Assembly: GCA_965202805.1 (NCBI GenBank)
Contig: OZ241869.1
Span: 320,001 to 384,000, forward strand
DNA: 64,000 nucleotides
Direction of reading: 5' to 3'
DNA from: Longimicrobiales bacterium
GTDB lineage: Bacteria > Gemmatimonadota > Gemmatimonadetes > Longimicrobiales > Gaopeijiaceae
Every line of letters begins with the position of its first letter. Within the stretch, counting starts at the first letter, position 1. Shown here piece after piece: positions 39,997 through 50,978 of this stretch. Position numbers and translations under genes: made by a program. The notes beneath the pieces were generated by a model, which saw only the letters and a program-made list of their open reading frames with translations, was not told the DNA's origin and searched no databases.

Positions 39997-42900
39997 TCAG
40001 CCGCGCGCCGCGACGGGCAGGGCAGGGGAACGGTCGGCCGCGGCTCGCTCCGTCAGCGCCCGCTTGTAGTCGATCGGCACCACCTTGACGAATTCGGGAT
40101 GGCGGGCCTCCCAGTCGCCGAGGATGCCGTCCGCCACCGTGGAGCCCGTGTACTCGCGGTGCCGTTCGATCAGGCGGCGTATCTCCTCCCGCTCGTCCGC
40201 ATCGGACAGGCGCTCGAGCACCACCAGATCCATGTTGCAGCGGCGCTCGAAGGCGTCTTCAGGGTCCCACACGTAGGCGATCCCCCCCGACATTCCGGCC
40301 CCGAAGTTGATCCCGGTCTGGCCCAGCACCACCACGCGCCCGCCCGTCATGTACTCGCAGCCGTGGTCGCCGATGCCCTCCACCACGGCGGTGGCGCCGC
40401 TGTTGCGCACGCAGAAGCGCTCGGCCGCGATGCCCCGGAAGAAGCCCTCGCCGCTGATGGCGCCGTAGAACACCACATTGCCGGCCAGGATGTTCTCTTC
40501 GGCCCTGAACCGGGACGCCTTCGGCGGATAGAGGATGATCCTGCCGCCGGACAGCCCCTTGCCCACATAGTCGTTGGCGTCGCCTTCCACTTCCAGCGTA
40601 ACCCCGCGCGCCAGCCAGGCGCCGAAGCTCTGTCCCGCGCTCCCGCGGAAGCGGAAGTGAATGGAATCGTCGGGAAGCATGCCCGGCCCCGCGCTGCGGA
40701 TGATGTGGTTGGACAGCATGCCGCCCACCACCCGGTTTCCGTTGGAGATGGCCATGTCGTGGCGCACCGGCCGGCCTTCCTCGATGGCCGGGCGGGCCAG
40801 GCGAATGAGGGTGTGGTCGAGGGCGCCCTCAAGCCCGTGATCCTGTTCGTGCCGGCAGTACACACCCAGGCAGTCCTCCGGCTCCAGCGCCGGCATCAGG
40901 AGCGCGTCCACGTTCACGCTTCTCGCCTTCCAGTGCCCGGGCCGGGGCGCGGCCTGCAGCGCGTCCACCCGCCCGATCATCTCGTTCACGGTGCGGAAGC
41001 CGAGACGCGCCATGATCTCACGCAGCTCGTGCGCGACCATGAACAGGTAGTTGATGATGTACTCCGGCTTCCCGGAGAACTTCCTGCGCAGCTCCGGGTC
41101 CTGGGTCGCCACGCCCACCGGACAGGTGTTCAGGTGGCACTTGCGCATCATGACGCAGCCCAGCGTGATCAGCGGGGCGGTGGAGAATCCGAACTCCTCC
41201 GCGCCCAGCAGCGCGGCGACGGCCACGTCGCGGCCCGTCTTGAGTTGCCCGTCGGTCTGCACGATGACCCGCGAGCGCAGGTTGTTCATCACCAGGGTCT
41301 GGTGGACCTCGGCGATCCCCAGCTCCCACGGCAGCCCCGCGTGCTTGATGGAGGTGAGCGGGGAGGCGCCCGTGCCTCCGCTGTCGCCCGAGATCACCAG
41401 GTGGTCGGCGCGCGCCTTGACCACGCCCGCGGCCACCGTGCCCACGCCGATCTCGGCGCACAGCTTCACGCTGATGCGCGCCTGCGGATTGGCGTTCTTG
41501 AGGTCGTGGATGAGCTGGGCGATATCCTCGATGGAGTAGATGTCGTGGTGCGGGGGCGGACTGATCAGCCCCACTCCCGGCGTGGAATGCCGGATTGACG
41601 CGATGTAGTCGTCCACCTTGCGGCCCGGGAGCTCGCCCCCCTCCCCGGGCTTGGCTCCCTGCACGATCTTGATCTGCAGCTCCTCGGCTGCGGTGAGGTA
41701 CTCGATCGTCACGCCGAAGCGCCCGCTGGCCACCTGCTTGATCGCCGATCGGCGCAATCCCCCGTCCGCATCCGGGACGTTGCGCGCCGGATCCTCGCCG
41801 CCCTCGCCTGAATTCGACTTGGCGCCGATGCGGTTCATGGCCAGGGCGAGCGACTCGTGGGCCTCCTTCGAGATGGAGCCGAAGCTCATCGCGCCGGTGG
41901 CGAAGCGCTTCACGATCTCGGCCTCGGGCTCGACCTGGTCCAGGTCCACCGGCGGACCGGTGGGATGGAACCGAAGGAGGCCCCTCAGCGTCGCCTTGCG
42001 CGTGTTTTCCTCGTTGGCGTGACGGGCGAAGCGCCAGTAGGCCTCCGGGGAGTTGGTGCGCGCAGCGACCCGGAGGCCGCGCACCGAAACGGGATCCCAC
42101 ATGTGGCGCGCGCCCCCCTTGCGCCAGTGGAAGTCGCCGGGGTTGGGCAACGCCCGTCCATTGTTCCGCGACGCGCCGGCGAAGCCCAGTTCGTGGCGAC
42201 GCTCGATCTCCTCCGCCAGCACCCCGAAGCCGATCCCGCCCACGCGGCTTTCGGTATCGGTGAAGCACCGGTTCACCACCTCCACCCCGAGCCCGACCGC
42301 CTCGAAGATCTGCGCCCCCTTGTAGGACTGCAGCGTCGAGATGCCCATCTTGGCCATCACCTTGAGGATGCCCTTGCCGACCCCCTTGCGGTACGCGGCG
42401 ACCACGTCGTCGTCGGAACCGATGTGCCCGTAGTCGTCCATCCGCCTGGCGCGCCGGGCGCGCCAGAGCGACTCGTAGGCCAGGTAGGGGTTGATGGCGT
42501 CCGCCCCGTAGCCCAGCAGCAGGCAGTGGTGATGCACCTCGCGCGCCTCGCCGGTCTCGACGATCAGGGCGATGCGGGTGCGCTGGTGCGTGCGCACCAG
42601 GTGGTGATGCACGCAGCCGACGGCGAGCAGGGAGCTGATGGCCAGGCGATCCGGGCCGATCGCGCGGTCGGAGAGCACGAGCAGGCGGATCCCGTCTCTG
42701 ACCGCGAGGTCGGCATCCCGCTCCAGGCGGGAGAGCGCCGCAAGCAGGCCCTTCTTCCCCGAGCCCCGACGGAAGGTGGCGTCGAGTGTCCGGGACCGCC
42801 ATCCGCGGTGCTTCAGCTCCGAAAGCGCGGCGAACTGCCCGTTGGAGAGGATCGGGTGGGGTAGCCGCAGCCGGTGCGCGTGTTCCTCCGTGACCTCGAG

Positions 42901-44589
42901 CAGATTCCCCTCGGGGCCGATGTAGCACTCGAGCGACATGACCACTTCCTCGCGGATCGAATCGATGGCCGGGTTGGTCACCTGCGCGAAGCGCTGCTTG
43001 AAGTAGTCGTAGAGCATGCGCGGTCGGTCCGAGAGCGCCGCCAGCTCCGCGTCGTTGCCCATGGAGCCGAGCGGATCGCGCCGGTCGCGCACCAGGCTGA
43101 GGAGCATGAACTGCAGGGTCTCGCTCGTATAGCCGAATGCCTGCATGCGGGGGAGCACGGTCGCCTCGTCGTAGCCGTGCGGGTCCCCGGCCTCGCCGAG
43201 TTCCAGGCGCTGCCGTGCCAGCCACTTCCCGTACGGCCGCCGCTTCGCCCACTCCGACTTGAGCTCGTGGTCCGGCACCAGGCGCCCGGCATCGAAGTCG
43301 ATCAGGAAAAGCCGCCCCGGGTGAAGCCGCCCCTTCTTCACCACCCGCTCCGGCGCCACCGGCAGCACGCCCACCTCGGAGGCCATGACGCAGCGGCCGT
43401 CGTCGGTCACGTAGTAGCGGCTCGGGCGCAGCCCGTTGCGGTCGAGCACGGCGCCGATGCAGTGGCCGTCGGTGAAGGGGATGAGGGCCGGGCCGTCCCA
43501 TGGCTCCATCAGGCACGACTGGAACTCGTAGAAGGCGCGCTTGTCGGCCGGCATGTCGGGCCGCTGCTGCCACGCCTCCGGGATCATGGTCATGATCGAC
43601 TCCGGCAGGCTGCGCCCGGTCATGAGCAGGAACTCGAGCACGTTGTCGAAGTTCCCCGAGTCCGAACAGTTGGGCTCGATGATCGGGAAGAGCTTCTCCA
43701 GCTCGTCCCCGAACAGCTCCGAGCGCAGTACGCCCTCGCGCGCGTTCATCCAGTTGCAGTTGCCCAGCAGCGTGTTGATCTCGCCGTTGTGGCACATGGC
43801 GCGGTTGGGCTGGGCGCGGTCCCATGAGGGGAACGTGTTGGTGGAGAAGCGCGAGTGCACCATCGCCATGTGGGACTCGTAGTCGCCGGCCCGGAGATCG
43901 TCGAAGAACTCGAAGAGCTGATGGGGCGTGAGCATCCCCTTGTAGATGACGGTGTTGGACGAGAGAGAGCAGAAGTAGGGGAGCTCCCGGCCCGAGAGGC
44001 GCGGATCGCCCCGCAGACGGTGGCTCGCGTATTTGCGGATGATGTAGAGCTGGCGCTCGAAGGCACGGTCGGCGAAGCCTTCGCCGGCCCCGACGAAGAG
44101 CTGCTCGAGGTGCGGCATGGAGCCAAGCGCGGTCGGCGTCAGCCCCGCGCGTTCCGGGCTGTGCGGGAGCCTGCGCCACCCCAGAAGACGCTGCCCCTGT
44201 CCGGCGATGATGGCCTCGGTGCGCTCCTTGCAGATGCGCCTTTCCCGGCGGTCGCGCGGGAGGAAGGCGATGCCGACCCCGTATTGGCCGGGAGGGGGAA
44301 GGGAGATGCCCAGTTGTTCCCGGGCGACGCGGTCGAGAAGCCGGTGGGGGAGCCCCGTGAGAAGCCCGGCCCCGTCGCCCGTTCCCGGTTCGCAGCCGAT
44401 CCCGCCGCGGTGCCCCATGCGGCAGTTGATGCTGTTGGCGTCGTCGAGGATGGCCCGGCTGGCGCGTCCGCTGATGTCGCACACGAAGCCGACCCCGCAG
44501 CTGTCGTGCTCGTAGCGGGGACTGTACAGGCCGCGCGCCGCCGGCGGACCGGAGCGGCGTACGGATCCTGCGTTCGTCGCCCGTCGCAC
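39997..44589 (-). CDS. gltB: Glutamate synthase large subunit
   Basis: [63 protein letters not shown] start after GGAGG. Confidence 0.96.
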   Translation of the reverse strand: MRRATNAGSVRRSGPPAARGLYSPRYEHDSCGVGFVCDISGRASRAILDDANSINCRMGHRGGIGCEPGTGDGAGLLTGLPHRLLDRVAREQLGISLPPPGQYGVGIAFLPRDRRERRICKERTEAIIAGQGQRLLGWRRLPHSPERAGLTPTALGSMPHLEQLFVGAGEGFADRAFERQLYIIRKYASHRLRGDPRLSGRELPYFCSLSSNTVIYKGMLTPHQLFEFFDDLRAGDYESHMAMVHSRFSTNTFPSWDRAQPNRAMCHNGEINTLLGNCNWMNAREGVLRSELFGDELEKLFPIIEPNCSDSGNFDNVLEFLLMTGRSLPESIMTMIPEAWQQRPDMPADKRAFYEFQSCLMEPWDGPALIPFTDGHCIGAVLDRNGLRPSRYYVTDDGRCVMASEVGVLPVAPERVVKKGRLHPGRLFLIDFDAGRLVPDHELKSEWAKRRPYGKWLARQRLELGEAGDPHGYDEATVLPRMQAFGYTSETLQFMLLSLVRDRRDPLGSMGNDAELAALSDRPRMLYDYFKQRFAQVTNPAIDSIREEVVMSLECYIGPEGNLLEVTEEHAHRLRLPHPILSNGQFAALSELKHRGWRSRTLDATFRRGSGKKGLLAALSRLERDADLAVRDGIRLLVLSDRAIGPDRLAISSLLAVGCVHHHLVRTHQRTRIALIVETGEAREVHHHCLLLGYGADAINPYLAYESLWRARRARRMDDYGHIGSDDDVVAAYRKGVGKGILKVMAKMGISTLQSYKGAQIFEAVGLGVEVVNRCFTDTESRVGGIGFGVLAEEIERRHELGFAGASRNNGRALPNPGDFHWRKGGARHMWDPVSVRGLRVAARTNSPEAYWRFARHANEENTRKATLRGLLRFHPTGPPVDLDQVEPEAEIVKRFATGAMSFGSISKEAHESLALAMNRIGAKSNSGEGGEDPARNVPDADGGLRRSAIKQVASGRFGVTIEYLTAAEELQIKIVQGAKPGEGGELPGRKVDDYIASIRHSTPGVGLISPPPHHDIYSIEDIAQLIHDLKNANPQARISVKLCAEIGVGTVAAGVVKARADHLVISGDSGGTGASPLTSIKHAGLPWELGIAEVHQTLVMNNLRSRVIVQTDGQLKTGRDVAVAALLGAEEFGFSTAPLITLGCVMMRKCHLNTCPVGVATQDPELRRKFSGKPEYIINYLFMVAHELREIMARLGFRTVNEMIGRVDALQAAPRPGHWKARSVNVDALLMPALEPEDCLGVYCRHEQDHGLEGALDHTLIRLARPAIEEGRPVRHDMAISNGNRVVGGMLSNHIIRSAGPGMLPDDSIHFRFRGSAGQSFGAWLARGVTLEVEGDANDYVGKGLSGGRIILYPPKASRFRAEENILAGNVVFYGAISGEGFFRGIAAERFCVRNSGATAVVEGIGDHGCEYMTGGRVVVLGQTGINFGAGMSGGIAYVWDPEDAFERRCNMDLVVLERLSDADEREEIRRLIERHREYTGSTVADGILGDWEARHPEFVKVVPIDYKRALTERAAADRSPALPVAARG

Positions 44590-44773
44590 GGCGGCCTCCC
44601 CGGCTTGGTACCCACAAAATGTCCCGCCATTCCTGCGCGCAGGTTCGACTGTCACGGGGAATGGGCGGGATGGATCTCGAATATTGGGGCGGGACGTGGC
44701 CGTCCGCAAGCGCTCGAACGCGTGGCACAGGCCACGTCAGGGCCCGAGGTTGGGTCGGGGTGGAGGTGGGATG

Positions 44774-45805
44774 TCAGACGTTCCTCCCGGGGTGGGTTGC
44801 GCTGTCCGCCCGGCTCAGATTGTAGCGCATGATGCGCCCGTGCGGGCCTTTCCGGTCACGCTCGACTCCGAACACTTCTCCCCGGACGGTGTTCGGCACC
44901 GCCGCTTCGAGCCGCTCCAGGTCCGACGGCGTGAGGTGGACGCGGCGGCCGTCCACCGCCAGACCCCTGCGGCTCAACCCGACGATCGCGGCCCCGACGG
45001 CGGGTTGGCTGAGCGCGTAGGCCACCGCCGCGTCCGCCATGGTGGCCCCGTGCCGCGCGGCCAGCTGCGCGAGCACTCGGCGCGCCCGCCCGAGCGCCGC
45101 CCGTCCACCCGCCTCCTCGACGATCAGGCGGTACTTGGTCAGCGACCGGGATTCCAGCGGCACACCGCCGGCATCGGACAGGAGCCCGCCCGCCAGGGCG
45201 CCGTAGGCGAGCACGGTGACCCCCCGTTCCCGGCAGAGCTCCGTCAGGCCCTTCAGGGGACGGCGGTCGAGCAGGGAGAGCTGAACCTGGCTGGACACCA
45301 CCGGGATCCCCGCATCCAGGAGGGTGCGGAGCGAAGCCCGGTCGAAGTTGGTGACGCCGAGATGGCGGATGATACCCTCCTGCCGAAGCTCCGCGAGCCA
45401 CTCGGCCGCACGCACCCACTTAGGTTGCGAGAGGTCCCACCACGCGAACTGCACCAGCTCCAGTGCGTCCATCCCGAGGCGTTCGCATGACCGCTGCACG
45501 ACGCGGCGGACGTAGTCGCGGTCGATGCCGGACAGGGCGTCGAAGTCGGGCACGAACTTCGTGTGGACGACGACGTCGGCGGCGATGTCCGGCCGTCGCG
45601 ACAGCCAGTCCCCGATGAGGCGTTCGACGCCCGTGTAGATGTCCGCGCAGTCCAGCACGAGGGGGTTTGCGGCCGCGGCCGCGGCGTCCAGGGCCGCGAA
45701 CGCGCGCTCCCTGCTCCAACCATCGCCGTGGCCGTCGGAGAGCTGCCAGCAGCCGCGGATCACGCCGGAAGAGGGTAGCCGCAGAGCTGGTCGCGCGGGG
45801 TTCAC
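44774..45805 (-). CDS. Aldo/keto reductase
   Basis: GCWQLS, DCADIYTGVE, HTKFVPD, GVTNFD, QLSLLDRRP. Confidence 0.88.
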   Translation of the reverse strand: MNPARPALRLPSSGVIRGCWQLSDGHGDGWSRERAFAALDAAAAAANPLVLDCADIYTGVERLIGDWLSRRPDIAADVVVHTKFVPDFDALSGIDRDYVRRVVQRSCERLGMDALELVQFAWWDLSQPKWVRAAEWLAELRQEGIIRHLGVTNFDRASLRTLLDAGIPVVSSQVQLSLLDRRPLKGLTELCRERGVTVLAYGALAGGLLSDAGGVPLESRSLTKYRLIVEEAGGRAALGRARRVLAQLAARHGATMADAAVAYALSQPAVGAAIVGLSRRGLAVDGRRVHLTPSDLERLEAAVPNTVRGEVFGVERDRKGPHGRIMRYNLSRADSATHPGRNV

Positions 45806-46233
45806 CGCTGGGCGTCCGCCGAGGCGTCGCCGGTCGAGGGCGGCGGGCCGTCCGCCGATGCATCGCCGGTTGCCTGCCGCGGGTCGTCGGCGAGCTGCCG
45901 GTCCAGCGGAACGCGCGTGACTTCGCTGTGGCGGAAGGTCGATTTGCCGGTGCGGGTGATGCGGAAGCGGGCGCCGCAGCAGGGGTCGGGGCAGGCGAGC
46001 TCCGTGTCCGTGGTCATCCAGTCGTGCGGGTGGGTCTCGCGCTGTTTGGCGGGGAGGAGGGGCAGGAGGGCGGCCAGGGGGTAGATCGGAAACGTCTGGC
46101 CGGCCGGGAGGGACAGGTTCTCGCCGCTGAGCTCGAAGTAGTCACCCGCCTTGTGGTTGCACACCATGTCCCGCTCGCCGGCGACCACCTCGACCCGCAG
46201 ATCGTAGAGTTCGAAGACGTCGTCGGCACTCAT
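45802..46233 (-). CDS. TIGR04076 family protein
   Basis: FELYDLRVEV, CNH.GDYFEL, LLPAKQR...DWM...ACPDP; overlaps AKR start. Confidence 0.78.
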   Translation of the reverse strand: MSADDVFELYDLRVEVVAGERDMVCNHKAGDYFELSGENLSLPAGQTFPIYPLAALLPLLPAKQRETHPHDWMTTDTELACPDPCCGARFRITRTGKSTFRHSEVTRVPLDRQLADDPRQATGDASADGPPPSTGDASADAQR

Positions 46234-46251
46234 ACGCGTACGTCTTCCTGG

Positions 46252-46767
46252 TTACACCTCATCGTCATCCGACTCAGGAGGAGCTTCGTCCGGAGACCGC
46301 TTCCAGCTGTGCCACCAGTCGGGAAGCCTGGAGAAGACATAGATGCCCGCCAGGAGATAGAGGGCTTGAATGCTCACGCCGGCGTTGCCGCGCCACGCGC
46401 CGACAACGATCACCAGGGTGGAGATCCCAAGCGAAAACCATTGCCCCCTTTCTCTGACCTTCTTGATGTGCGCCGAGGTCTCCTCTGCCATGGCCATGAT
46501 CCGGTCGGCGAGTCCCGGTAGGACCTCTTCGTATCCGGCCATCATCTGCGGGGGCGGCAGAGGGCCTTGGTATGTCTGGGACCGCCGCGTGACGAATGTC
46601 CGTTGCTCCGCTACTACTTCCCCTGCATCAGCATCAGGTGCGGATTGCGGTTGGTCCTCTGACGAATCAGGAACTGGGAGGGGGGATGGCTCGTCTGTTT
46701 TCGTGACCTGCCTGGACCTTTCTCGACGGCGCTTTCCTCTGGCCACGCTCGACCTCCGTGATGGCAT
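46252..46767 (-). CDS. DUF2335-domain membrane protein
   Basis: YQGPLPPPQMMAGYEEVLPGLADRIMAMAE motif plus two TM segments. Confidence 0.8.
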   Translation of the reverse strand: MPSRRSSVARGKRRRERSRQVTKTDEPSPLPVPDSSEDQPQSAPDADAGEVVAEQRTFVTRRSQTYQGPLPPPQMMAGYEEVLPGLADRIMAMAEETSAHIKKVRERGQWFSLGISTLVIVVGAWRGNAGVSIQALYLLAGIYVFSRLPDWWHSWKRSPDEAPPESDDDEV

Positions 46768-46915
46768 CCTTGAGCATGTCTCCGGTAGACTGCCATGCTT
46801 CGGCGATCAGCGCTTCACTGGAGGGCGTCCGTGGCCAAATCTCCACCATCGAGCCCAAGTTCCACGCCAAGTGATGGCTAGCGCCTCTGGTCCTTCGCTT
46901 AGCCGTCGAGGCCAA
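46667..46915 (-). CDS. Small hypothetical protein upstream of the DUF2335 gene
   Basis: EALIAEAWQSTGDML resembles small partners seen with DUF2335 genes; overlaps the DUF2335 ORF. Confidence 0.4.
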   Translation of the reverse strand: MASTAKRRTRGASHHLAWNLGSMVEIWPRTPSSEALIAEAWQSTGDMLKDAITEVERGQRKAPSRKVQAGHENRRAIPPPSS

Positions 46916-47141
46916 TTCTCATGCTCCTTTGCGTTCTGTGGCCGTGTGCCGCGGCTCCACCCCCATACGCAGGCCGCATGGAGTCGTTCCAAGAGCAAAG
47001 TATACGCGCGCTGCGCATTTGGCGGCAACGGGCTTGGAGGCGACGGACGTGGAGGCGTAACCAACTACGGCGGCGCACTACCTCTCCCCATGCCTTGCCA
47101 ACTCCCCACGGCCCAACCCCAACAGGAGATATGCTTCCACG

Positions 47142-47489
47142 ATGCGTGATGAGACCAAGATCAGGTTGATACTGAGCTTCTACGTCCTGAACCAGTACGC
47201 GACCTACACCAAGGAGACGATCATCTTCGAGGGCGACTTCCCCTGCGACTTGGAACTGCCGCTATGCGCCTACGAAGACCCGCGCGGAGGGTTCGAGATT
47301 ACGACGGAAGAAGTGCCCGAGCCACCCGAACTCGAGGGTGATCCGGAGCCCGTGCGTGTTTCCGCCTCGGAGACATTTCAGGTCACTGCGAGGCCTCTGT
47401 TTATCACGCCACGCCTACCTGAGAATCCGACGGCACAGGAGCGGTGGCGGTATCTCCTGGCGGTTCTGAAAGATCAGGGCCGAGTCTAG
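47142..47489 (+). CDS. Hypothetical protein
   Basis: 115-aa ORF with protein-like composition; AGGAG upstream. Confidence 0.5.
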   Translation: MRDETKIRLILSFYVLNQYATYTKETIIFEGDFPCDLELPLCAYEDPRGGFEITTEEVPEPPELEGDPEPVRVSASETFQVTARPLFITPRLPENPTAQERWRYLLAVLKDQGRV

Positions 47490-47632
47490 CAGACCAGCGC
47501 CACGGCGCGTGTGGGAGCCGGGTCGTCGGAGTCAAGTAGCTGGCCTGTCCCGGGGGCGTGATGGCGGACGGACATGCCGTCACGCCGCCGCCGGAAACTG
47601 GCCCATCCGGGGCCGATCCTCGATGATAGGGC

Positions 47633-49108
47633 GTGTCCCGTAACCTGGAAAACCCGCCCGGCACCGTGAACTCCGCACCTGATCGGCCACCATCCTCGGG
47701 CTCGGGCGCGCAGCCGGCGGCGCCCCTTCGCTTCCACCTGGGCCTCGCCGGCGCCGCCACCCCCATCCTGGTTTTCGCCGCCGGCGCGGCGTGGCTGGGC
47801 TTCTCGGGCGCCCCCGACGAGCGCGGGCTCTGGCCCATCCTCCTGGGAGCCCTCGCGGTCGGCCTGCTGCTCGCCAGGAGCGCCTCCGCCTACAGCGCGG
47901 CCGCCCTCAGGGGCATGTCCCGCCCGATCGTGATGCTGATGGTCGCCGCGTGGCTGCTGGCGGGCGTCTTCTCGGTCGTGCTGCGCGAGTCCGGGCTCGT
48001 GCACGCACTCGTGTGGGCCGGGGGCGAGCTGGGCGTGCGCGGTGGCGGCTTCGTCCTAATGGCGTTCCTCATCGCGGTCCTGTTCTCCACGGCCACGGGG
48101 ACGAGCCTCGGCACGATCCTGATCTGCGCCCCGCTCCTCTACCCCGCGGCGGGCGTCCTCGAGGCCGGCCCGGTCGCCCTCATCGGCGCCATCCTGGCCG
48201 GTGCCACCTTCGGAGACAACGTCTCGCCCGTGTCCGACACCACGATCGCGTCGGCGAGCAGCCAGGGGGCGCCCATGGGAGGCGTGGTGCGCAGCCGGCT
48301 GCGGTACGCGCTTCCGGCTGCGGCGATCGCGGCCCTCGTGCTCACTCTGCTGGGAGGCGCGGAAGCACCGGTCGCGCAGGCGTCCCGGCCGGCTGCCATG
48401 CTCGAGGGCAATCCGGCCGCGCTCCCCATGCTGCTGGCTCCCCTGGCCGCCTTCGTGATGCTGTGGCGGGGCCGTGGCCTGGTGGAAAGCCTCTTCGCCG
48501 GCGTGGCCGCGGCCGTGGTTCTGGCCCTGGCGCTGGGGCTCGTTGCGCCGGCCGATCTCGTCTACATCGACCGGGAGGCCTTCCAGGCCCGCGGGCTCAT
48601 CCTCGACGGGATGGAGGGCGCCGTGGGGATCGTCGTGTTCACCATCCTGCTGATGGGCATCGTGGGGGCCGCGCAGGAGGCGGGGATCCTGGACCGCCTC
48701 GCGCGGGGTCCCCGGCGGACGGCGGAAGCCGCGCGCGCGGCGGAGCTGCGCATCTTCGGCGTGACCAGCGTGGCGGTCCTGCTGACGACGCATTCGGTCA
48801 TGGCAATCCTCGCCGTCGGCGACTTGGTCCGGGACTCGGGTCGGCGCGCCGGCATCGGGCGTTTCAGGCGCGCCAACCTTCTCGACATGACCGTGTGCAC
48901 CTACCCGTTTCTCCTCCCCTTCTTCATTCCCACCATCCTGGCGGCCTCGGCCACGGCTTCGGGCGAGCCGTTCGGGATCCCCCGGGTGTCGGCCCTCGAA
49001 GCCGGTCTGGCCAACATCTACTCGTGGGCGCTCCTCGGCGTGATGCTGGCGGCGATCTGGACGGGGCTGGGGAGGTCCGGAACCCCATCTCACAAGCCCG
49101 ATTCCTGA
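47633..49108 (+). CDS. NhaC-family Na+/H+ antiporter-like transporter
   Basis: STATGTSLGT, AGATFGDNVSPVSDTTIASA; many TM segments. Confidence 0.85.
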   Translation: MSRNLENPPGTVNSAPDRPPSSGSGAQPAAPLRFHLGLAGAATPILVFAAGAAWLGFSGAPDERGLWPILLGALAVGLLLARSASAYSAAALRGMSRPIVMLMVAAWLLAGVFSVVLRESGLVHALVWAGGELGVRGGGFVLMAFLIAVLFSTATGTSLGTILICAPLLYPAAGVLEAGPVALIGAILAGATFGDNVSPVSDTTIASASSQGAPMGGVVRSRLRYALPAAAIAALVLTLLGGAEAPVAQASRPAAMLEGNPAALPMLLAPLAAFVMLWRGRGLVESLFAGVAAAVVLALALGLVAPADLVYIDREAFQARGLILDGMEGAVGIVVFTILLMGIVGAAQEAGILDRLARGPRRTAEAARAAELRIFGVTSVAVLLTTHSVMAILAVGDLVRDSGRRAGIGRFRRANLLDMTVCTYPFLLPFFIPTILAASATASGEPFGIPRVSALEAGLANIYSWALLGVMLAAIWTGLGRSGTPSHKPDS

Positions 49109-49137
49109 GCTCCACCACCCGCACGAGGCCACCCCGG

Positions 49138-50580
49138 ATGTCGCCGCACACCTCTCGGATCAGGCTCTTGTCGCCGCTGCCGAGGACATGCTCGATCCAC
49201 TCGATCTCCCGGGCGGGTCTGGCCGCCGTACTGGCCGGAGTTTCCCTCCTCGCCGTGCCGTCGCTCCACGCCCAGTCGGGCGCAGAACAGTCCGCGACTT
49301 CCCCTGCGGGCGAGACAGACTCGGCGGCTCTTTTGACTCTCGCGGTGTGGGCGGATCAGGTGTGGCTGTCCTTGCTCGACCGCGACGGTGCCTACTACGG
49401 CCGCCTGGCAGAGGAGGGCATCTTCCAGCGGCTCAACCCCAGAATGGACCACGAGTACGAGCTGGATGTCCGCTCGACCCTTTTCGATCCCGGTGAAGAC
49501 GCACGCTGGGCCGAGGTGCGCAACGGCTTGCGGATTGCCGGGGCCTCGCTCAGCCATCCGCACATCCTCAACGTCGTGGACTGGCGCCAGGAGATCCACG
49601 TCTCCGGCCCCGTGGACCTGATGGCACGCTACCGCCGCGAGCGATCGTTCACGGCACGGCGCGACTACCCGTGGGTCGGCGTGCGCTGGCGCGACGCGCT
49701 CGGGACGCCGTGGACCGTGCAAGTGGGGCTCGGCGTCCACTTCTTCAAGCCGTCCGCAGACGTGGAGGTCGCGCTGGCACGCTCCTGGAGAGACACGGAA
49801 GACCGGAGCTGGACGCTGGAGGTGCGCCTCGCAGCGCTCGACGCCTTCAGCGAAGCGATCTTCCAGGGCCTGGGAGTGAAGGCGGACGAGGTGGACGCCC
49901 ACTACGACTACGCGGGAGCCCCCCTCGCCGCTCGCACGACCCTGAGGGCCGCGGCGTCACGCTGGCGAGCGGAGCTGCACGCTGGATCGAGCCGAAGAAG
50001 CGAGGTACAGGTGACCTTTCCGGCAACCGGTCGGGCTCCGTTCACCCAGCTCGAACGGGTCGCGTTCCTGGGAGCGCTCCTCCAGGTCACACCGCTCGAG
50101 CGCGTGACGTTGGCGCTGTACGGCACCTGGGCGAGGGCGGACACCGAGCGGCGGGCGCCCGCGAGCGGACTCGGCTTCACTCTGCGCGAGCAGACGGTGA
50201 CCGTGGGCGCCCGCGCACGGACCCGCCTGAACCCGTCGTGGGCGGTCGAGACGGCGCTGGCGCGGGTGCGGCGACCCGAAAGGCGCTCGACGGGAGGGCG
50301 CGCGCCCCGCGAGCACCGTGATCGCGAGGTCTTCGGCTGGGCGGCCCTCGTCCGATACCCGGAGGCGGGATGGACGGGCCGGCTGGCCTACGCCCTTCTG
50401 GACCGCGATGCGGGCTTCTTGGCGCCCTGGCTCACCGCGCAGAATCACCGACTGATCACGGAAGCGGGCTATCGGTTCCGGTCGGGCTTCGAGGTGACGG
50501 CCGGGCTCCGCTGGGACTTGGACGCCCCCCTGCCGGAGCCGTTCGGCGGCGGCCATCTGCGGCTGTCGGCCGCCTGGTGA
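49138..50580 (+). CDS. Hypothetical outer-membrane beta-barrel protein
   Basis: Signal-like N-terminus ending LHA-Q, alternating amphipathic strands, C-terminal Trp (LRLSAAW). Confidence 0.6.
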   Translation: MSPHTSRIRLLSPLPRTCSIHSISRAGLAAVLAGVSLLAVPSLHAQSGAEQSATSPAGETDSAALLTLAVWADQVWLSLLDRDGAYYGRLAEEGIFQRLNPRMDHEYELDVRSTLFDPGEDARWAEVRNGLRIAGASLSHPHILNVVDWRQEIHVSGPVDLMARYRRERSFTARRDYPWVGVRWRDALGTPWTVQVGLGVHFFKPSADVEVALARSWRDTEDRSWTLEVRLAALDAFSEAIFQGLGVKADEVDAHYDYAGAPLAARTTLRAAASRWRAELHAGSSRRSEVQVTFPATGRAPFTQLERVAFLGALLQVTPLERVTLALYGTWARADTERRAPASGLGFTLREQTVTVGARARTRLNPSWAVETALARVRRPERRSTGGRAPREHRDREVFGWAALVRYPEAGWTGRLAYALLDRDAGFLAPWLTAQNHRLITEAGYRFRSGFEVTAGLRWDLDAPLPEPFGGGHLRLSAAW

Positions 50581-50726
50581 CGGGCCGCCTCCTTCCGCGC
50601 CAGGGGAGCGGGAACGTCACGCCTGCCTCGGGCGCCCAGTCAGCCAGTCGGCACCTGGACGCTGGAATCCGGCCAACCAAACTCGTAAGTTCGATGCCCA
50701 CTGAAAGCTGCCGATTTACGACTCCT

Positions 50727-50809
50727 GCCGGGATGGCGGAACGGTAGACGCAGGGGACTTAAAATCCCCCGGGCTCAGGCCCGTGTGGGTTCAAATCCCA
50801 CTCCCGGCA
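50727..50809 (+). tRNA. tRNA-Leu(TAA)
   Basis: GCCGGGA acceptor, D-loop GGCGGAACGGTAGACGC, anticodon arm GGGGA-CTTAAAA-TCCCC, long variable arm, GGTTCAAATCC T-arm; CCA not encoded. Confidence 0.95.
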
Positions 50810-50978
50810 TTCGGTTTCCGGTGGGGCTCATGTGGGTGCCCGATCGAGGCGCCTGATCGAGTGAACGCGCGCTCGCGTGAAAAACCGCGCGCGAGGCGTT
50901 ACTATGCCCGTCGAACATCCGACAACAACTCGGAAACGAGGAAAACGTTTCCCCGGGACACAACGGCGAGGAGGCCCC

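Noticed and set aside
41018..44728. 1236-aa alternative-frame ORF (and similar long Arg/Gly/Pro-rich shadow ORFs, e.g. 8558-10702, 26260-28923, 30287-32683)
   Set aside because: These overlap well-supported genes and have the composition expected of off-frame reads in high-GC DNA.
45810..45875. Short in-frame duplication (TGDASAD x2) at the TIGR04076 C-terminus, and a similar insert in the LOG-family gene
   Set aside because: Low-complexity terminal or loop expansions with no evident function.
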